This document shows positions 18,816-32,262 of a stretch of DNA of 64,000 nt, piece by piece (the stretch's first letter is position 1; each line of letters begins with the position of its first letter). The stretch is from assembly GCA_964187785.1 (NCBI GenBank), contig OZ076413.1:47246001-47310000 (forward strand), written 5' to 3'. Made by a program: the position numbers and the translations under genes. This DNA is from Amphiscolops sp. MND2022 (taxonomy: Eukaryota). The notes under the pieces are model-generated. The model saw nothing but the letters and a program-made list of their open reading frames with translations. It did no database searches and was not told the origin of the DNA.

Positions 18816-21800
18816 TGAAAACTAATCCCTTTTTATTTGCAAATTCGTAAAAATACCTTTCGCCTGAAAGGTTTTTGTTTTTTTTTTACAAGACTTTCGG
18901 GGAAATCAAGCGATAGAAATGCTCCTTAATTTCAAGCGATATAAATTATAATTGAGCAGAAACGCGGTGTGAAAGTTTCAAACCTTGTCGGGGAAAAGAA
19001 TGAAGCTAAAAAAATAATTTATGAAGGTTTTTTTAAACAAATGAAAATTGTGTAGGACTCTTGTTCATTTTTTGCTGTACGAAATGAACGTTTATTCATC
19101 ATGAATTACTATAAATGAACGCTTTTTGTTAATGAACAGAAAATTAAAGTCAAAATTGTTAAAATCTTTGGGATTGGAAAAAGTGGCTATGAAAATCTAG
19201 GCCCAACAGGCTTCTTCCGCTTCACATTGCTCGCGTAAAAAAAACAAGGGCAAAGTTTGAACTAGTTGCGAGAACGCCGTCAAAGGAATTACGTCGAAGT
19301 CCAAAACAGGAATAATGTCTTACATTCTCAGGTCTTTTTTACGGGGTTGCTGTGCAGAGTCGAATTATCTAGGATCGAGAAGTTTGCAAAATTGTCCAAG
19401 ATCAAATTGTGACTTGATTTTATCTAGCATCGAAAAGAGTGAAAGTGTCATTAATGCTAAACCATACCTATAGTGCCCTAAATACAGGAGCGGAGCGACG
19501 TGCCACTACTTGACCAGCAGCAGATTTTGACGAAGGCCGACCTGGAGGGCAGCAAAACGTCCCAGAAGGGGGAGTTTTTTCATACAACCATTTTTGGGTA
19601 CCAAATTTGTATTGAAATCATCGTTTTCGATTCTTTATAATTCGATTCCAGATATTTTGGTTGCCATTTTCGGTTCTAATTAATTAAACTTTTTTCTTCG
19701 ATTCCGCATTCCATAGCACCCGGAGTTTTTTACACTTTTCCAAGTGAGGTTCAACAGGGGTAAGATTTTGGCGGGAGTGAAGGTCGCCTAGCGATTGAGA
19801 GAGAGCTGGTCTATCCGACGACGAGGGAGATCATGCATACACTGTATTTATTGCTCGAATTTTTTGACGTTTTTTTCCGGATGACCTTCAAACGGTTTTC
19901 CTGCTCGTTGGTTTGACTTCGCGACCTTATAATCTGCTCTTTCTATAATTAGTTTTTGAAAGTAATGCGACTATAATGCCAATATCAGTTGGCTTCATCT
20001 AAGCAACTAATCATGGAAAAATGCCACGAAACGCTTTTTTTGCAAAATTTTTCAAAAGAATTTACTAAAAGGTCTAAAGTCGGACGTGTGTTGTCTTGAT
20101 CAAATAAGTCACTGAACGGTTGGGTGCTATGTTTTATGGTTAGCATCGGTTTATTTATTGTTTGGTTTGCACGCGTTAGGGCGGAAATGATTTCGGTCTC
20201 AGTCGGGTGTCTTGTTTGATTATGAAATAACTACAGTACTGACGCATGCCTGCAAAATAGTTATCTCAGAAGCAGCACGCTTTTTACAAGACGTTCGTGC
20301 GTTCACACATGCTCTATTTTTAATTCACATGATTATCATAGACGCTATTTTTGGTTTGCTTTCGACTGCGATATCAAGTCGAGTTCATCTTCTTCACAAT
20401 CAACGTTATGATAAAGGTTACACAATTTTTTAGTATTAGATAAAAGAGGTTAGAAATAAATAATCTAAGCATTCAAAAACCAATATACGCAGATTTTCAT
20501 TAATTGCAAAGAAACTGGAGCTATTCTTGGACTTGCAAGAAAAAATACAATGTTAAATTTCATTGTTGATGAGCAATTAAATCTTTGAATTCCTTGATTT
20601 GACTTTTGGAAAGATTTTCATTGAAAGAATAGATAAAATTAGCTGGTATCATTGCTGCATAATTGTTTGTAATGAAAATGTACCTTCCATCGTTGCACTT
20701 CAACTTTATTGAAGCTCTGAATACCAATTACTTGACACAAACTGCCCATAGTGCAATTTTTTTTTTCAAAACTATAAAATTCACTTGACCGGTATGTCAA
20801 TTAGGAAAACTAGCCTCGCTCTGAACTTGAGCAATTCGAAAGCAAATTTGAGTCTAAAATATCTAAGAGCTTGAACAATCTGAGCCCCGTAAGTTGTGAA
20901 GTTGGTTATAGCAGGTTTCAGGTGTATTGAAGACAAGATGACACTTCCAGACTTCTGTATTTTTTGAGCATTCGCTGGATGTACTGCAACGTAAATAGAA
21001 ACAATACTCTAGTTTAGGCTCTCATTAGCTCGTAGCAAACCAAAACTTTCGATTGAATCATAAATTGTAATTATGTAACTTTTTCAAACGTTTTGTCGTA
21101 TGAAGTTGTAACTATTGAACAAGAGACGTCTTCAAAGAAACCGATATAAACAAACTTGTGCAACTTATAAGTTCCTAAATTTTCATTCATCGTTTGAAAT
21201 CGTGATGAATTTTTATTTTTAGCGGGATTCTTTTAAAAGCTCGCGCGAAGCGAGATACTTTATTGGTGCGCCTTGGTTTTTCAAATCTTCGCAGCATTCG
21301 TGACATGTGGCCTGCTTTAAGTCGGCACTTCACAAAGTGAAACACGACTATGATAGTGGCTTTTTCCCCATTCACACGAACTGGCCAAAATAGTTATACA
21401 AAGTTCTGCAAAATTTTAAGTGGCCAAACTGTACCATCTGACCCAGCGAACAGAACCAAAAAAAGTTCTTCCTTCTTTTAATTTCTTCGGCACTATATCT
21501 TTTCGAAATTTTTTTAATGTCTCCTAAGGGTACATTTAATTTTTTTTATAATTGGCAACAGATTGGGTTTTAAAAAATCAAAAGGGACCCCTTTAACATT
21601 TTTCGGCTTTGTGAGATTCTTCAAAACTTTCATTTTTCCGGAAATTTTTTAATTATCTATAAAGGATCTTCATTTTTCGATATTTGGCAACAGATTGAAT
21701 GTTGAAAAATCCCGAAGGGTCCCCTTGTTTGTTGAAGCTTCGGTGAAATTTTCCCAAAAAATGTTCGGCTACTTAGGTTTGTCTCCTCGAAGAAGTTTGG

Positions 21801-22039
21801 AAAAAACTGAAAGTGTTTTGGGAGGATTTCGATTTTAAGAATTTTTTTTATAAAATGCGAAAGAAGGAGTCATTTAGAAATCTGAACTACGCAACTTTGT
21901 TTTCAGTCAACGTTTCTTAGCAATTCGAGTACCTACTTAAAAATTCAGATATTTTGTTCGGCAGTGAGTATAAACCTGATATATAAATTTCTCAACCTGC
22001 CGACGACAAGTCGTTTCTCGCGCGATAAAACGAGCGAGC

Positions 22040-22345
22040 TGTAAGTATGCATTCGTACGCCGAATTCATTGAGATGAAGCGAGCGAAAGTTCGTTATTAT
22101 GTTTTCGTACGCCGTTATTGAAATGAAGCGAACGAGGGGTAATTATTCGTTCGCTGAGAGCTTCGCCTGCATTCAAATGCGATTATAAAATTTCGTCTAC
22201 GCTTGGTAGTTTTATTTTCTTTGGTCCGAGAAGAATTAAAAGCTGTGTAAACTGGTGCAGTGGTTAATTCTAGGCTAAAACTGATTGAAGAGGAGTGTTT
22301 AGTTATTCCAGATATGCTTCTAATAATGAACATAAGAGCGTAGAA
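22040..22345 (+). repeat. dispersed repeat homologous to 17095-17375
   Basis: Shared GAGCGAAAGTTCGT..TTCGTACGCCG..GAGCTTCGCC.GCATTCAAATGCGA..CAGTGGTTAATT. Confidence 0.8.
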
Positions 22346-22734
22346 AGCTGAATAAATACTCCGCCCCCCAGGGGTCTATTTTCCAAACCTGTTCTGGAAT
22401 TATAGGTTGCAGCTGCTAAGGCGTTTTGTTTGCCTGAGAAAAATCCGGAAAGGGTTCGGCTGCCTATGTTTTAAGCTGAAACTTTTTTCTTGCGAAAATT
22501 GAAATTTTCTCCGAATGGACTTAGGTATTGCCCGGAGTAGTATGGGGTTCGGCTAGCACCAATGGCGAACAATTTTAATTTTCTCAATTCGAACAATATT
22601 AATACCGTTTCTTGGTATAACAAAAACAATGATCAAAAACTAGCTAAACCGATATTATGATGTTGTATTCATTTCCTAACGTTTTTCCAGAAAGTGTACC
22701 CTGTAGTCGAGATTGCGTAAGTTTCTCAAGCAAG

Positions 22735-23090
22735 TACCTCATGTAATCACCGTTAGTCAAATAGCACGCTGAATATGACGCTACTTTGAAACTTATAATA
22801 TGACTGAACTTTATTTCAAATGAAATTGCGGTAAAATTGACGAAGGTCTCAGTTTCTATCAAATTTAGAACGGCGTCTTAATGAAACCTGCTAAACTTTG
22901 GCGCGAATTGCGATTTGCAAAAGAATTGCCGCCAAATTTAGGATGCATCTTATAGGCAGCTTGATAAAATTAAATTCAATCAGCGAAAATTTAATGCATG
23001 GACGTTTCTTTGAGAATTTTATAAAATCATGGAATATTAGCTTGGTAACCTACAAAAACATGTAAAAAGTTCAAGCAGTTCCAACCAGGG
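22735..23090 (+). repeat. dispersed repeat homologous to 27808-28152 and 29057-29400
   Basis: Shared CACCGTTAGTCAAATAGCACGCTGAATATGACGCTACTTTGAAAC...GTTCAAGCAGTT. Confidence 0.85.
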
Positions 23091-25269
23091 TAGGGTTCAA
23101 CTCAGTGTCGCGTTTTCGTAATTTTTCAGTTTGAACAAATATATTACTGTTTTTTGTTGAAATAAATTTAACAACTAATGTGCCCTATGCTTGAATTAGT
23201 AACATTTTTGCCGATTGATATCGATCCAGTGAGATTGATGTAAAAATTTTTTGGAAGTGCCATTTTGGACATCTATATGCATGACTACATGAACGTTTTT
23301 CCTATAAAAAGTTTTCCTGCATCAGTAGTAAGGATTTTTTTGCCTCTGCGCCTGTTGCTTATACATGCATTACTCTCATTGCTCTACCCCATCAGCTTAC
23401 TGCGAGTCGATACCAATCTTTAGTTCTTGAACCGTTGATAAAATTCTAGGGTAAAATAAATAATGCTAAACCAATCAAATTGCTTCAAGCTGCACCTAAA
23501 TTGTTTTCAACAATGGAAGAATTTTGTGATTACTATTAAAAGAAAGTGCAAAAATTCTACTAAAACTCTTTGAAATGTACTTTCAAATTTTTCAATGAGA
23601 GGTTTTTTATTTAGTCCGGAGAATCGTCAGCAGATTTGGTATTATTGTGATGTCATTAATACGATTTTTTTGCTTGGAACTTTTCAGAATTAATTCTTGT
23701 TTTTCAATTTAGTTTAAATGAGTTTTTACTCTCTGGAGTAGGAAACAGATGTCGATATTTTAAAGAGCTTTCAACAGGCGCCGTTATTAACCAGATTGAA
23801 CCTCTTGTTTTGAAAAAGATCTTCGTTTTTATTTTACGACTTTTTTGCATGGCTTGTTTTTAAAGCACTTTTTTCTCACAATTTAGTCTAGTTAGTCTAG
23901 TTTTTATGATTATGTTCATAAAACGTTTTTCCTTCCAAAAAATGACGTTAGTTAGTGGAGCATCAAAATTAGAATTTTGTTACCAAATTAGTATTTGGCA
24001 TAAGAAGCAATCACAATGTTTTAGCCAACATTAAGTTGTTACGATACGTTGTCAATATAAGCTTATCTCCAACTTTGCTTCTTTACCTGTGTTGAAGAAG
24101 GGGCTTATTCACGAGTAAATACGGTAACTGCCAAAACATCAAGACAAAAGTATCTGTTACTGAACTAACCATCATTGCTCCTTCAAATTACATAACTTTC
24201 AACGAAATCCCGATTTAAACTCCCAACTAGTTCCGAAAAAAAAACAAGATTCGCTGCATCGAGACAAAGGATCGTTCATCATAAAAATTCCACAGATTCT
24301 TTCTTAGAAAATTAAATTTGGAAGGACGTTGACAGAATGACCAGTTTTCATCCGGTTTAAATTTGCAGAAAATGCCAGTTTTCGTGGGAAGAAGAAAATT
24401 GAATTCGTTGAAATCTCTTAGGAAACTTCATGAAATAATCTATTTACATATAATTTCTTCAAGGCCAGATGAGATAATAAAATGACATAAAATTTACCTA
24501 ATTTTGTCTTCATAAGTTACCATAAGTCTTTAAAATTTTATACTGTAATATCTTTTATCATTGATTTGGGAGAAAGCTTCCTGAAAACTGATTACTTTGA
24601 AACTTTAAGAAGACGTGAAAAGATTTCCTCGGGGTCTTGTTTTGGAGCGTTGATTAGATTCAAAAAATAAAAAAATTGCTCTTGTATTTTTCACTCCGTC
24701 TATATATCGAGAAGCTTCAACCGATAGCCTACATTATATCGAGAAGTCTTCTTGGAGGCCTCATAGCAACTGAAATATTCAGTAAAATTGAGGATCATCT
24801 CACACAAAACGTGCCAAATCTCTGACAAGTTTTTTGTTTCTTTTCATTTTACTGAATATTACCAAATTCGTCTGATGACGACAAACAATGATGCCCATCC
24901 AACAAGCTTGCCGTGAAATTCTACAAATGCATCTGCCCTGATAAAAACTTTTCAACGACGAGGAACAAAAAAGTGTTTTCCGTTTTTACTTTCCTGCTTG
25001 CTTTCAATTCCAGATACATTGTGATGTTCAAAGAAATATTCAATTCAGAATTCTTCAAGTGCGACGGCTTGCTTGTTACATCTTAGCGCCTGAAGAATCA
25101 CTTCAACAAAGAGCATATTATTCTCATCTTTTTAAAAACCGAAAGTATATTATTTCCTATCTTCTTTTCTACTTGCTGCTTTGACCAAGTATTTACGAAC
25201 GTTATTAGCGAAATAGTGTTAGTAAATTTCACAAATTTTTTATTTTCTACTATTAGGTTGTCCGTATGA

Positions 25270-25730
25270 TTATTCAACACAAGAAAACTCAACACAGAAT
25301 CAACTTGGGGTACGGAAAACTCAACACATGAAAACTCAACACATGAAAACTCAACACAAGAAAACTCAACACAGAAAACTCAACACAAAGTAAAAAACAG
25401 AAAACTCAACACAAGAAAACTCAACAGAAAACTCAACACAAAAACTCAACACATTTCAACACAGTTACTTAATTTTAGTTAACACCTCAATTGAGTTTAT
25501 TTTCCGAAATCTAACTAATTCTTAAATTTACACTTCGTTACAAAAAAATCATACTTAGAAAAATCCATAAATTATGAACCGTACAAACATGGAATATAGA
25601 TTTATATTATATATCACGATTATTAAATGCTTAAAATGTGTTGAGTTTTCGTGTGTTGAGTTTTCTGTGTTGAGTTTTCTGTGTTGAGTTTTCTGTGTTG
25701 AGTTTTCATGTGTTGAGTTTTCTGGTAATC
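25270..25730. mobile_element. foldback/MITE-like element built from inverted AAAACTCAACAC arrays
   Basis: About 10 AAAACTCAACAC units at 25275-25462 and six GTGTTGAGTTTT units at 25638-25722 flank an AT-rich core. Confidence 0.75.
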
Positions 25731-26490
25731 TAAAACTTAGACTACTTCAACAGAAATCACTTCAGTGCAAAATACTTGTCGTTTATGATTTCAAAGTTTC
25801 TTAGGAAAGTCTTTCAGCCATTTTTCTACCAATTTCCACCCGCCATAATGTTGGGTTGGCGTTTTATCAAACATGGTGCACGTTCAAATTTTTGCGAGTC
25901 CTTGACGTCAGTCCTCGAGCTTACCACCATGATTGGGCGAACATACCACCATATTTTGTCTGTTTTTACCCGATTCTTATACCGCAGGTATTTATGGTCG
26001 TGGTCCCCAGTGGTTTGCTTCACCGTTTCTGTACCGTAACCCCGAGGTACCACGAGGTCAGTGCTTTTGTACGCACTGACATTAAGTGTCTGAAATTTGG
26101 TCAGCCGCCAACTCTTTAGCGTCAAGTGATTGATTAGAGTCTTCCCGGGCTTAGTTTGTTGCTGTTCGTTGCGTTTAATCTTCCCATTATTTTTCTTTTC
26201 GTTTTCTTTCAAATTGAAACTCAGAATCATCCTTTAACAGAATCTTCTCTGTTTTTTGCTTCCTTTTGAAAAAATAAAAACATTTTAGCTTTAGCCAGAT
26301 TAAATTCTGTCTTTTCCGAAAGTTTCTGCCTGAAACCACCTCATTTACGGGAAAAGGCTTTCAGTCTACTGGTTACCGCGAGTGTCTGGTTCGCCAGTTT
26401 GGTTCGACCGAGCCTGGGAAGCAGAAGAATGGATTCGAATACCGCACTGGACAATATTTTTTACTACTTGCGAAGGTAAAGTGAAAATCA

Positions 26491-29441
26491 AAGCATTGTT
26501 CGACATTTTTTCAAAAAATTTCGGTCCAACATTTGAGGTAACCTAACATCTGAAGTGCCTAAAAGGGCTGCAAAGCGGTTCGTTCAATTTTTTCAACTTT
26601 TAGCTCATCTGAAACGTTTTTTAGAAGACCCTTGTCCAATTTTTGAACAGAAGGATTCCCGTTGATTTTTTTCCAGAAAAGTAGTTTTCAGAAAAACTGA
26701 ATGAAGACAGAGGATCCTTTTGGGTTTTATTGGCACTATTCCACTTTTTTTGAGGAAAACTCCGAAAAAAAGTCTTTTACCACAAGCTTGAGACTTAACG
26801 TATATAACTATTCAAATTCTTACCTTTTCCCGAATCAATCTGGCGAGAAAAAAGTTGTTGAAATTTCATTTCTAAAATGCCATTTCGGGCCGTAATTGCA
26901 TATATGCATGTATTAGTTTTTAGAACTAAAGAGGCACTTGAGTTGAGATTTTTTGGTTCTTCAATTTCAAACAAACGAGATATGTAAATGTCCTATTTCT
27001 CCTCAAGACGTCTCGTAGCAGTATACGAGAAACATCGCAGTATCACCCCGCCCTTTGTTTCGAAATTAAATCACCGAAACCTAATATGAAATATAGATCT
27101 AATATTACAAACTGTTGTTATTTTTTTCAAGATTTCAACAGACTCGAAGTCACTGAAAAAGAACTGAAGGGGGTCAAATGTATACAAAGGGTCATCTGCT
27201 TGTCTTTTTTGCATCTTTATTTGAATTACAAACTTTCATGAGGCCAAACGTTTCCGGCACTATGCGATTTCTTTGAGCTCGAGAGACTCCTTTTTTAAAT
27301 TACTCGAGGATTTGCTAGGAGACAACTTTAGTGTGTTTTGAAAATTTTGGCCTGTTTGAGTTTTAAGCCGGCTTCAATTTATGCCGTATCTAGCTTATTT
27401 TCAACAATTTTTGCTTGTCATTTTCGGACACATCGAAAATGACCAATCAGCTGTAATCTAGTTTTATGAACCCAAGCGTTAGATGCTAGACGCGATGCTT
27501 GACAATGACAATGTTTTCCATTCTGACTTAATTAATGCTAGATTGTTAAAAACGTACTTCAGGGAAAACAGAAAGACTACTGTTTGGATAAAACGTAAGT
27601 TGCCCAATGGCATACATGGGCGAAGTTTTACAGGCACCTTCAAAAATGCAGGCTAGTTTTTTAGAAAACATGGAAAATTCAGCGACCAGGCATGGAAACA
27701 TTTTAAAGGATTATTATGCAGCTTTCACTATTTGAGTTAAAACTGAAAACATGTCCACTTCTTCACCACCGCAATCTTTTTGTTTTCACGCGTAAGTTTT
27801 TTTAAGTAAGTACCTTATGTAAACACCGTTAGTCAAATAGCACGCTGAATATGACGCTACTTTGAAACTTATAATGTGACTGAAATTTATTTGCATTGAA
27901 ACCGCGGCAAAATTGACGAAAATCTCAGCTGCATTCAAAATTAGAACGGCGTCTTTATGAAACCTGCAAAACTTCGCGGCTCAGAATTGCCGCCAAGTTT
28001 AGGATGCATCTTATAGGCAGCTTGATGAATTTAAATTGCGTCAGTGAAGTTTTAATGCATGGAGGTTTCCTTGAGAATTTTATAAAATCATGAAAAATTA
28101 GCTTGGTAACCTACAAAAACTTGTAAAAAGTTCAAGCAGTTCTAACCAGGGTGGTGTTTGCTGTCATCCACAGCAGTGCAGATTTCTTCACAAGCATTGT
28201 TCGACATTTTTTTCAAAAAATTTCGGTCCAACATTTGAGGTAACCTAACATCTGAAGTGCCTAAAAGGGCTGCAAAGCGGTTCGTTCAATTTTTTCAACT
28301 TTTAGCTCATCTGAAACGTTTTTTAGAAGACCCTTGTCCAATTTTTGAACAGAAGGATTCCCGTTGATTTTTTCCAGAAAAGTAGTTTTCAGAAAAACTG
28401 AATGAAGACAGAGGATCCTTTTGGGTTTTATTGGCACTATTCCACTTTTTTTGAGGAAAACTCCGAAAAAAAGTCTTTTACCACAAGCTTGAGACTTAAC
28501 GTATATAACTATTCAAATTTTTACCTTTTCCCGAATCAATCTGGCGAGAAAAAAGTTGTTGAAATTTCATTTCTAAAATGCCATTTCGGGCCGTAATTGC
28601 ATATATGCATGTATTAGTTTTTAGAACTAAAGAGGCACTTGAGTTGAGATTTTTTGGTTCTTCAATTTCAAACAAACGAGATATGTAAATGTCCTATTTC
28701 TCCTCAAGTCGTCTCGTAGCAGTATACGAGAAACATCGCAGTATCACCCCACCCTGACAATGTTTTCCATTCCGACTTAATTAATGCTAGATTGTTAAAA
28801 ACGTACTTCAGGGAAAACAGAAAGACTACTGTTTGGATAAAACGTAAGTTGCCCAATTGCATACATGGGCGAAGTTTTACAGGCACCTTCAAAAATGCAG
28901 GCTAGTTTTTTAGAAAACATGGAAAATTCAGCGACCAGGCATGGAAACATTTTAAAGGATTATTATGCAGCTTTCACTATTTGAGTTAAAACTGAAAACA
29001 TGTCCACTTTTTCACCACCGCAATCTTTTTGTTTTCACGCGTAAGTTTTTTAAGTAAGTACCTTATGTAAACACCGTTAGTCAAATAGCACGCTGAATAT
29101 GACGCTACTTTGAAACTTGTAATGTGACTGAAATTTATTTGCATTGAAACCGCGGCAAAATTGACGAAAATCTCAGCTGCATTCAAAATTAGAACGGCGT
29201 CTTTATGAAACCTGCAAAACTTCGCGGCTCAGAATTGCCGCCAAGTTTAGGATGCATCTTATAGGCAGCTTGATGAATTTAAATTGCGTCAGTGAAGTTT
29301 TAATGCATGGAGGTTTCCTTGAGAATTTTATAAAATCATGAAAAATTAGCTTGGTAACCTACAAAAACTTGTAAAAAGTTCAAGCAGTTCTAACCAGGGT
29401 GGTGTTTGCTGTCATCCACAGCAGTGCAGATTTCTTCACAA
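26491..29441 (+). repeat. head-to-tail tandem duplication (26491-28191 and 28192-29441)
   Basis: Near-identical units (ORFs 26701 and 28402 differ by one residue). Unit 2 lacks about 450 bp equivalent to ~27055-27506. Confidence 0.93.
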
Positions 29442-29922
29442 TCGTGAGAGCCAGGCGAAACCTCTGAAGATGTTTGGACACGTATCATATAAACAGAAAA
29501 GAATGGTAAAGTCGATGAAATGACACCTGTCGAACTAATTGCTTCAAAATTTTTATCAATAGCAAGCCAATCAACAGGAGATTACGAACTGAAGGAAAAA
29601 GTCAGAAAAAGCAACATGAAAATGGAAACAATAACAGACTTAATACATGAGTTCATATACGATCGACCAAAAGATTCCAAGAACTCAACCGACGGGAGAA
29701 GCATATATTATGTACAAGAAAGGCCAAACAAAAAATGGTCAGAAAACCCATGACAGAACAAAGGTAAAGACCGGAATATCAGAGAACGAAATACAAAGAT
29801 AATCGAAATGAGGAGCACCCAACTGATCAACAACAATTCTGTCCAGCAAAATATGTTTAAATACCTCGTTTTCCTCCAGAGTTCATTTTGTCAGTTTTCT
29901 TAAACGTTGCTCAATCAAATTA

Positions 29923-30343
29923 AACAAGACGGGATTGTCTAAAGTCGGCGCTATATCTAACGCTCAAAAAGCCGAAAAATGTAAAAGGAGGGACCCTTTG
30001 GGCTTTATTAACATATGTTCTGTTGCAAAATATCAAAAAACTCAAAAGAGGGACTCTTTTGAGACATTAAAAAATTTTCGAAAAAAGTCGCACAATGCCG
30101 AAAAAAAATCGAAAGGGGGGACCCTTTAGTCTCGTCCGGTTTTGTAGGTTACGTTAAAAAAGTAAAAAATGAAAGGGGACCCTTTCGCACTAATTTCCGC
30201 TGACCGGACTTGGCCTTATGGTAGTAGTTTTAGTAGTTTCGATTGTAAGAAAAGTGGCCCAATCAGAGTGAGATTGTAGTCTGACGAAAAAAAACTAGCC
30301 ATTGTAAGAGTCGGGCACTTTTCCCTAGAAAAGTGCCGACTAA
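29923..30343 (-). mobile_element. HINE/DINE-1-like element
   Basis: AACAAGACGGG..AAGTCGGCGC at one end; hairpin AGTCGGGCACTTTT..AAAAGTGCCGACTAA at the other. Confidence 0.65.
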
Positions 30344-32262
30344 TAACGACGTCCTGAAATCACTTACATCTTTCATTACACCTGTTGTGCAACATCTGTG
30401 CGAACTGATGACCCTGGGTTGCGCAAAAAGTCCGTTTTCGTGGAAAGATTTATTCTTCGATAAAACTTTAATCTAAACTCAAACAAAACTATATCATTCA
30501 AATAATCCTTCAGAAGCTTCAAATGGATCTTTTTGCGCTCTAACTGCTGTTTTATGTTGACACTCATTTTCATTGAAGAATAGTCAACTGCCTTGAATGT
30601 TACAAAAATTCTATCGTTCTTGCTCGTAGGACCTAAAATAGTTCATTTTTGCAGGTTAAAACAAACAATACGCTTTCCATGAGCAACCTAAATTTTTATA
30701 AAGATTATTGATAACTATTTTACGACGCATAAATATTAAAATGCACTTCTCTTTGTTTTAAAAACAATCAATATTCTCAGTTTTTTTCACGGCCTTTTGA
30801 TGAAGAGTGACTGTTCATCAGCATTGCCGAGTTCGCTCAATCAATTTCATTGCTTGCCATACTTTTTGTACAACACGGCGTATTCTTGTTTTGAACAGCA
30901 GAGAATAAGTGGCGTACTCAACCACGTTCATGAGGAGGTTGGTAGTTCTGTATATAATAATTTTCTCAAACGCTTCTCTTGTTGTCTCGTCGAGGTCTTC
31001 ACAAGAAAGAAATGAAGAAAATATCTGCTGGTAATTTTCGCACCTTTTCTTAACCAAGACCTCTGTATTCTTTCATCTTGTTCACGCGAGATTGACAAAA
31101 CTGTGTTTTGCAAATTTGTTCATGATTATCATCAGCAAGCTTGCGTAATAAAGTCTTCAACAGCATCTAAAAATAAATTATTCACACCAACCGGAAACAA
31201 TTTTACTTCAAACGATAAAAATTAGACAGCTCTTACATTTTTACTTTTCAACTTGTTACGTCACCATTTACGCATTTGCACTGACTGAGTAACGTTTTAA
31301 ACGCAGTATTTTAAAAATTCTTGCAAGAAAGCTGAATAATATTCCAAAAAAATCCACCTAAAAATTATTCTTTTTCGTGTTTTTGAATGGCCATGTGATG
31401 AAAAATGGATCATGCTATTGCAATTTCGAGGCAACCAAAAATGATGTAAACTCAGAGCCTAAGACATTCATTTTCTGTTTTATTAATAGTGTAAAGTCAA
31501 TATTGATAACACCTGATGAATTGTAACATAAAATTCAAATCTACCGAAATTTCAGAGACAAAATTTTAACATCGGATCACAAAAAGCTTCATTTCCATTT
31601 GTATTTTCTGTTGAAGAATTGGGGCTTCCTTTTCCCCAATTAAAAAAATCTGAAATAATCAAAAGAGTATATAAGCAATTTTTACACTTAAAAATACCCT
31701 TTAACGTTTTTGTAATCACTTACCTTCTATTGTGATTGTTACAATTATGACTATACCCCCGAATGATAAAAATAATTTATGAATATGCTCTTAAGATTCA
31801 ACATTGTTTTTCAATATTCCTTCACATTCCAATCAAAACCATTAATTACAACCTTCAGAAGAGTATCTTTTTTCGCGTGTCAAAAATTTGAAACTTTTAA
31901 ACGTCAATTTTGATCTTGAGAATCTGCTCCAAAAAATTATCCAAAGATTGAATAGAGTTGCGTTTCAAATGTTTTTATTTCTCAGGACTAGACTCCAACT
32001 TGGCAACAAAACTTTCGTTTGGTGAGTAGAAATTTCTTTAATATTTCACACACCAAGTTATAATGAACATCTCATCGAAGTTTTTCGTCAACCGGTTCGT
32101 CTCAAAAACGGTCTTCATAGCTATAAAAGTTTAAAAATACAATCAGTTTCGTGGATTAGTGTTCACATAGTCCATAGGTGATAGCTAGTATAACTTCTAA
32201 TAATTTGAAAAATTACGCTGCAAGTACGATTCATGAATTCTACAGAATCCAAATTTCAATTA

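Noticed and set aside
25270..25730. CRISPR-like array (also 42056-42300 and 47790-48040)
   Set aside because: No unique spacers, eukaryotic context and no cas genes.
25826..26230. possible host exon on the minus strand
   Set aside because: Plausible splice sites but no recognisable protein and no partner exons.
30363..31140. possible minus-strand exons
   Set aside because: Stops and frame changes, with no recognisable domain.
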